From IMG/VR virus record IMGVR_UViG_3300015608_004971: a DNA stretch of 64,000 bases; one strand, 5' to 3'. This DNA comes from a virus (taxonomy: Duplodnaviria; Caudoviricetes). A model generated the notes under the pieces. It worked only from the letters and a program-made list of their open reading frames with translations. It had not been told where the DNA came from and did not search any database. A program made the translations under genes and the position numbers. Positions 59,724 through 64,000 of the stretch are shown here, piece after piece. The first letter of the stretch is position 1. Each line of letters opens with the position of its first letter.

Positions 59724-59975
59724 ATGCTGAATGTAAAAATATTCGAATCAAAATCTTTGTATACGTCAAAAGATTATATCTATAGAGAAATTCTTTGGCG
59801 ATTAGATGGAGCTGCTTTATTCTATCGATTAGATGGAGCTTCTTTATTCTCTAAGAGCGAAAAAAGCAAAACTTATAATTCTTTTTATTATTATAAAAAT
59901 AGTTTTTCTCCAACATCACTAGAAGATATTAGAAAAAATAATATATTCAATGTTGCAAAAAATGATATTATATGA
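59724..59975 (+). CDS. RxDG mini-gene family member with duplicated RLDG
   Basis: RLDGAALFY-RLDGASLF; NDII-stop. Confidence 0.8.
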   Translation: MLNVKIFESKSLYTSKDYIYREILWRLDGAALFYRLDGASLFSKSEKSKTYNSFYYYKNSFSPTSLEDIRKNNIFNVAKNDII

Positions 59976-60178
59976 TATATTTTTATCATAAACGCGATTT
60001 TACTAGAACTTATAAACTTTTTTATGGTGGCGTTTCGACCTCAAAGGAAAGAGGTGATGGAAAGCCATTCTTCGATTCGTTAAATGCAGATTGTGTTTAT
60101 TTTTATGAAAAAGTTAGTAATTCTTTCAATAAGAAGCAGCCTCTTAAAGAGAGCGATATAATAAATGATTTTATTTAA
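59972..60178 (+). CDS. RxDG mini-gene family member
   Basis: MIYF...RGDG...DFI-stop. Confidence 0.8.
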   Translation: MIYFYHKRDFTRTYKLFYGGVSTSKERGDGKPFFDSLNADCVYFYEKVSNSFNKKQPLKESDIINDFI

Positions 60179-60368
60179 AGTAAAAAAAGATTATGCTTCC
60201 TATAATAATGGTTCCATCCACAATATTCATAGATCGGATGGCAATGCATTAATATCTTCATCGAACCAAACAAGCTTATTGTTAAATAATTCATGGACTA
60301 GAAAACATGTCTTAATAAGAATAAATCTAGAAAAATATAAATATAACTTAACGCCGGACGCTATATAG
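60165..60368 (+). CDS. RxDG mini-gene family member
   Basis: MILFK...HRSDG...DAI-stop. Confidence 0.8.
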   Translation: MILFKVKKDYASYNNGSIHNIHRSDGNALISSSNQTSLLLNNSWTRKHVLIRINLEKYKYNLTPDAI

Positions 60369-60370
60369 CA

Positions 60371-60601
60371 ATGATATCATTTAAAATAATCGAGTTATTT
60401 GGAGACAAACCATACTTCTGGGGAAAGAATCAGTCGCGTGCTTTCTTGTCTCATAGAGGCGATGGTTTTGCAAAATCTGATTCATGCCATAGCCAGGCAA
60501 TAATATATGGAAGTGTTTATATAGCTAAGCATAAACAAATAAAAGGTTACTTGAAGAAATTTAATTTAAATACAAAAAATATTAAAAATGATATATTATA
60601 A
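60371..60601 (+). CDS. RxDG mini-gene family member
   Basis: MISFK...HRGDG...DIL-stop. Confidence 0.8.
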   Translation: MISFKIIELFGDKPYFWGKNQSRAFLSHRGDGFAKSDSCHSQAIIYGSVYIAKHKQIKGYLKKFNLNTKNIKNDIL

Positions 60602-60791
60602 AATTTTTTATAAAAAGTTCATTTGGAACACAAACTTTTCTAATCTAGAGAGATTAGATGGAAAAAGTACAAAAATTCATTATTCCATAGACGACTTTTA
60701 TTGCGGCTTTAATCTTTCTTTTTATAAAGAATATCTAAAAAATTCTCATCGATTATATAAAATTAATAATCAACATAATGATAAGATATAG
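60588..60791 (+). CDS. RxDG mini-gene family member
   Basis: MIYYK...RLDG...DKI-stop. Confidence 0.8.
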   Translation: MIYYKIFYKKFIWNTNFSNLERLDGKSTKIHYSIDDFYCGFNLSFYKEYLKNSHRLYKINNQHNDKI

Positions 60792-60999
60792 AATAATTAA
60801 AAATAGTTTTATGTATTTTTATCAAGATCCGAAACTGGGCGTATGGGGTTTTTTTCAAAGAAAAGATGGCATTGCATATGATGACGATCAGTTTGAAGAA
60901 AAATATTTTTATTTTAATCGTACGACAACATTAGACAGATTATGTATAATAAATTATATGAATTACAATAATAATATTTTTCTAGAAGATACGATATGA
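60778..60999 (+). CDS. RxDG mini-gene family member
   Basis: MIRY...RKDG...DTI-stop. Confidence 0.8.
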   Translation: MIRYRIIKNSFMYFYQDPKLGVWGFFQRKDGIAYDDDQFEEKYFYFNRTTTLDRLCIINYMNYNNNIFLEDTI

Positions 61000-61211
61000 T
61001 TTTTTTTATGTATAAAAAAGGCTTGCACCATGGGTGTAATAATTATTGCATTTATTATCATTTTAAGCGGACTTATAACGCACAAAGATTTGATGGCTTT
61101 TGTAGTTCAATATATAAAACATATATAGGTTCATGTCATAAAGTTCTCTCACGCGAAAAAATGAAAACAATGAATCCAAATTTTAGAAATAAAAAAGATG
61201 ATATCATATGA
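60996..61211 (+). CDS. RxDG mini-gene family member
   Basis: MIFF...RFDG...DII-stop. Confidence 0.8.
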   Translation: MIFFMYKKGLHHGCNNYCIYYHFKRTYNAQRFDGFCSSIYKTYIGSCHKVLSREKMKTMNPNFRNKKDDII

Positions 61212-61357
61212 TTATATTTTATTCTCTTTATAAATTTCAATATTGGCGAACAACAGAAAATTATTTTCCAAATCGAAACGATGGCAACGAAAGAAGCCCA
61301 TGTAGAAGAGACCAGAGTTACTCATCAATTTCGCAACCATTATTGGCTTGCGCTTGA
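61208..61357 (+). pseudogene. truncated RxDG mini-gene (49 aa)
   Basis: MIIFY...NRNDG...; its stop TGA lies inside the TTGACA of promoter copy 9. Confidence 0.65.
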
Positions 61358-61420
61358 CAGCCAGCGCCAGCCGTGCTATCATGCTTCAAGCAACGCAGGC
61401 AGCGGCAACGATAAAGCCGC
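61354..61420 (+). promoter_or_regulatory. repeated promoter plus leader hairpin, copy 9
   Basis: Identical block. Confidence 0.9.
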
Positions 61421-61435
61421 AGCAAGGATCAGCAA

Positions 61436-61906
61436 ATGAGCAGCAGCAGCAACAAAAACGAAACAATCCTGAAGCTTGTTGCCGAGCTTAAGGCATCGGC
61501 AATTGATGGCCTTTCCATCGACATTTCGGAGAAGCCGGACGGATCTGTTTCTGTGGTTTTTCGCCAGCCTTCGGCAGAAAACGATCTTGATCTGCCGACC
61601 GAAATTGATTGCAATGGCCATAAACTTTGGAAGAATAAAGACGGGCAGATTCACCGCGACGGTGATTTGCCTGCCGTTATTTATGCTGATGGAACCAAAT
61701 CTTATTATAAGAACGGAAATTGCCATCGTGACGGTGATTTGCCTGCCATTGAATGGATTGATGGAACCAAAAAGTTCTTTAAAGATGGAAAGTTGCATCG
61801 CGACAATGGAAAGCCTGCCGTTATTTTCAAAAATAAATATGAATATTGGCTCGATGGAAAGCGCATTTTGACCGTCAAGCATAAGGATGGCATTGTTGAG
61901 ATTTAA
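61436..61906 (+). CDS. HRDGDLPA-repeat protein (3 repeats)
   Basis: Family N-domain and C-cap. Confidence 0.9.
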   Translation: MSSSSNKNETILKLVAELKASAIDGLSIDISEKPDGSVSVVFRQPSAENDLDLPTEIDCNGHKLWKNKDGQIHRDGDLPAVIYADGTKSYYKNGNCHRDGDLPAIEWIDGTKKFFKDGKLHRDNGKPAVIFKNKYEYWLDGKRILTVKHKDGIVEI

Positions 61907-61944
61907 GCAGAAGCCCAAATCGAGAGAAGTAAAGGAATAGAAAA

Positions 61945-62697
61945 ATGAGCTGCATCGCTTTTGTTTGGCAAAAAGAAGAAGATTTTAGAACCTTTAATGG
62001 AGATTTCGATCTAAAAGTAATTTCGCCAGATTATTTGCATCCCGTTGATGCAAGGGCTTTCGCACAACAAACAATTGAATTTTCAAAAAAATCAAAACAT
62101 CGGATTGCATATTTTACTCGCAATCCATATGTTATTGATCAATTTGATTGTGATAATGTTATTGTTATGATTGATTGCGAGAAGTTTCGTCTTTCTGATC
62201 ATCCTAAATGGGAACAATGCAAGGGTGTTTTTTCTTCTGGTGAATTCTTTGCATCACTTGAACGTGATGAACCTTTTAAAAATGCAGAAGCTATTAAAAG
62301 CGAATGGATTCAATTGGATCCAGCAAGCTTCTCTGATCAAAAACTTTATCACTCTTTCAATGGTTGTGGCCATCCACTTTTCAAATTCAATGACGAAATT
62401 GATGATATTCATTTGATTGCGCATCGTATCATTACAGATGTTTTGAAGCGTAGATTCCCAAAGACAAAATCAGCACCAAATTGGGATAATCCAATTGAAT
62501 GTGTTATGGAAGAATTTCCGAATATCAATGCAACAAATGATTTCCAAATTTATTTTGGAATTGAAGAATCCAAATTTACAGATGTAACAATTGAATTCCC
62601 CGCAGGCTCTTATCGTCTTCTTGTTCAAGATGATCATATTGTGATAGAAATCACAGACGCTTCAAAACTAAAAATTCTGTCTTATGATAGATGTTGA
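61945..62697 (+). CDS. hypothetical protein
   Basis: 250-aa ORF, SD AAGGA. Confidence 0.7.
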   Translation: MSCIAFVWQKEEDFRTFNGDFDLKVISPDYLHPVDARAFAQQTIEFSKKSKHRIAYFTRNPYVIDQFDCDNVIVMIDCEKFRLSDHPKWEQCKGVFSSGEFFASLERDEPFKNAEAIKSEWIQLDPASFSDQKLYHSFNGCGHPLFKFNDEIDDIHLIAHRIITDVLKRRFPKTKSAPNWDNPIECVMEEFPNINATNDFQIYFGIEESKFTDVTIEFPAGSYRLLVQDDHIVIEITDASKLKILSYDRC

Positions 62698-62735
62698 GTT
62701 ATTGTGTTGATAACAACAAAACGGAGAAACACTAA

Positions 62736-63104
62736 ATGAAGAATAACATTAATATTGTTTATGATAACATTCATGGAATTTCTATTGCCGCATTTCTTAA
62801 TGAAAAAAATGCGGCAGATTTTGTGAGAGAATCAGGACTTGATTGCTATCAAATTAAGCAATTCGAGGTCGCTCAGAATCAGCATGATAATGTCATGGAA
62901 ACAATTTCGTTGGTTTTGAAAGGATCATCATCAGATGATGAAATTGTCGCAACATTCTTTGAAATCGATCAGGCTGAGGAATTCGCGGGGCAAAATAAAG
63001 AATACTTCGTTGAAGTCCTTATTGTGGAGGATTCAAACGAAGCATTTAAGACAAAAGATGATTGGGGATTCCATTCCGATGGCGAATATTTGTTTTGTAA
63101 ATAA
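62736..63104 (+). CDS. hypothetical protein with internal duplication
   Basis: IAAFLNEKNAADF versus VATFFEIDQAEEF; SD GGAG. Confidence 0.7.
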   Translation: MKNNINIVYDNIHGISIAAFLNEKNAADFVRESGLDCYQIKQFEVAQNQHDNVMETISLVLKGSSSDDEIVATFFEIDQAEEFAGQNKEYFVEVLIVEDSNEAFKTKDDWGFHSDGEYLFCK

Positions 63105-63609
63105 ACATGATTCAGCTCAGAATAACAAATGTTTCCAGAATTCAGTTTGAAAAAACATTTTTTCTTTATTTCGATAGAGATAAAAATGGTAGAATAACAT
63201 ATAGTAGGCGCGATGGTCGTGCTCATATTGATTTCACTTATCCGAAGGGAATGATTAAGTCGGTCGGTAAAGAAGATATAATCTGAAAGAGAAACATAAA
63301 GTGACCCAATCTGTCAAGCCGAAAGAAAAGATTTTAAAATATTATGATTTTCAAGAAATGAGCAATTTTCTTCGAACAAAATTATTGGCTTCATTTTGAA
63401 GAAAATTTAATCTCTGAGGCTCTAAATAACTTATATCACGAGTTCTTTTTGTCAGAAGATGGCGATGTTTTTTCAAAACGAAAGTTTTATTAAAATGTTA
63501 GAAATTCTAAAAAAGAATTTAAAATAACAAAAACAGAATGCGATAGAGAAGCAATATATCTATTTGTTGTATGGTAATATGATAACAAAATTATTTAAAC
63601 AATACGGAA

Positions 63610-63867
63610 ATGTATAAATATCGTTTAAAAAAACTTAAAATACCTGAAGTAATAAATTTGTGGCATAATGATGACCGTCATCATAGAGGTGACGGTCATG
63701 CTTATTACAGTGAACTTTTGAGTGTATATGCAATGAAAGGAAGGAAATTCGTATCTAACGATAAGAATTTTCCCGAATTTTATGAAAATTCGTTTAGCGA
63801 AAAAAAAGTAGAATATAAAAATTTAAATAATGATGATTCTAAATATATATCAAATGACATAATTTAA
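63610..63867 (+). CDS. RxDG mini-gene family member
   Basis: HRGDG...NDII-stop. Confidence 0.75.
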   Translation: MYKYRLKKLKIPEVINLWHNDDRHHRGDGHAYYSELLSVYAMKGRKFVSNDKNFPEFYENSFSEKKVEYKNLNNDDSKYISNDII

Positions 63868-63870
63868 AAA

Positions 63871-64000
63871 ATGTATAAAATTGTACAAGAACCAAAATCA
63901 ACTATCTATTTTCATAAAAAAAATTCATGCTGATTCCTGGTATTTCTAGGGGAGATGGCTATGCGTTCTATTTTATAGATAAATCTTTAAAAACTCTGTC
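63871..64000 (+). pseudogene. RxDG mini-gene, frameshifted at an A8 run, cut by window edge
   Basis: MYKIV... stops at 63933; the -1 frame reads FMLIPGISRGDGYAFY. Confidence 0.5.

Noticed and set aside
10591-61382. CRISPR array from the repeated ~35-bp sequence
   Set aside because: Copies are dispersed kilobases apart, match a -35/-10 promoter, and no cas genes are present

Overview
AT-rich segment of a large (probably jumbo) tailed bacteriophage. All credible genes lie on the + strand and use the standard code. It encodes nucleotide and NAD metabolism (dUTPase, IMPDH/GMP reductase, PurA, NAMPT plus NMNAT-Nudix, deaminase, EndoV), GroEL, DNA ligase, a likely endolysin, and a large translation/RNA-repair set (three RNA ligases, PNK, HAD phosphatase, CCA-adding enzyme, LysRS, an isolated IleRS C-terminal region, TrmH, tRNA-Leu(TAA) and a TAT-anticodon tRNA). 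Two repeated systems stand out. (1) About 27 divergent mini-genes share only M-I-x-F/Y at the start, a central R-x-D-G and D-x-I-stop at the end. The start and the end are the same 14-nt DNA word (ATGATwwTATwTAA) read in two frames, so each gene is a cassette bounded by direct repeats, often chained in arrays. (2) A GC-rich module recurs through the window: an identical sigma70 promoter (9 copies), a leader hairpin, and a gene with a constant N-terminal domain plus 2-6 shuffled, hypervariable 24-aa HRDGDLPA repeats (9 genes). These genes almost completely avoid TTA and ATA codons, the two codons the phage tRNAs would read. Product calls rest on motif recognition by eye; no searches were run. 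Many short hypothetical ORFs are not listed individually.
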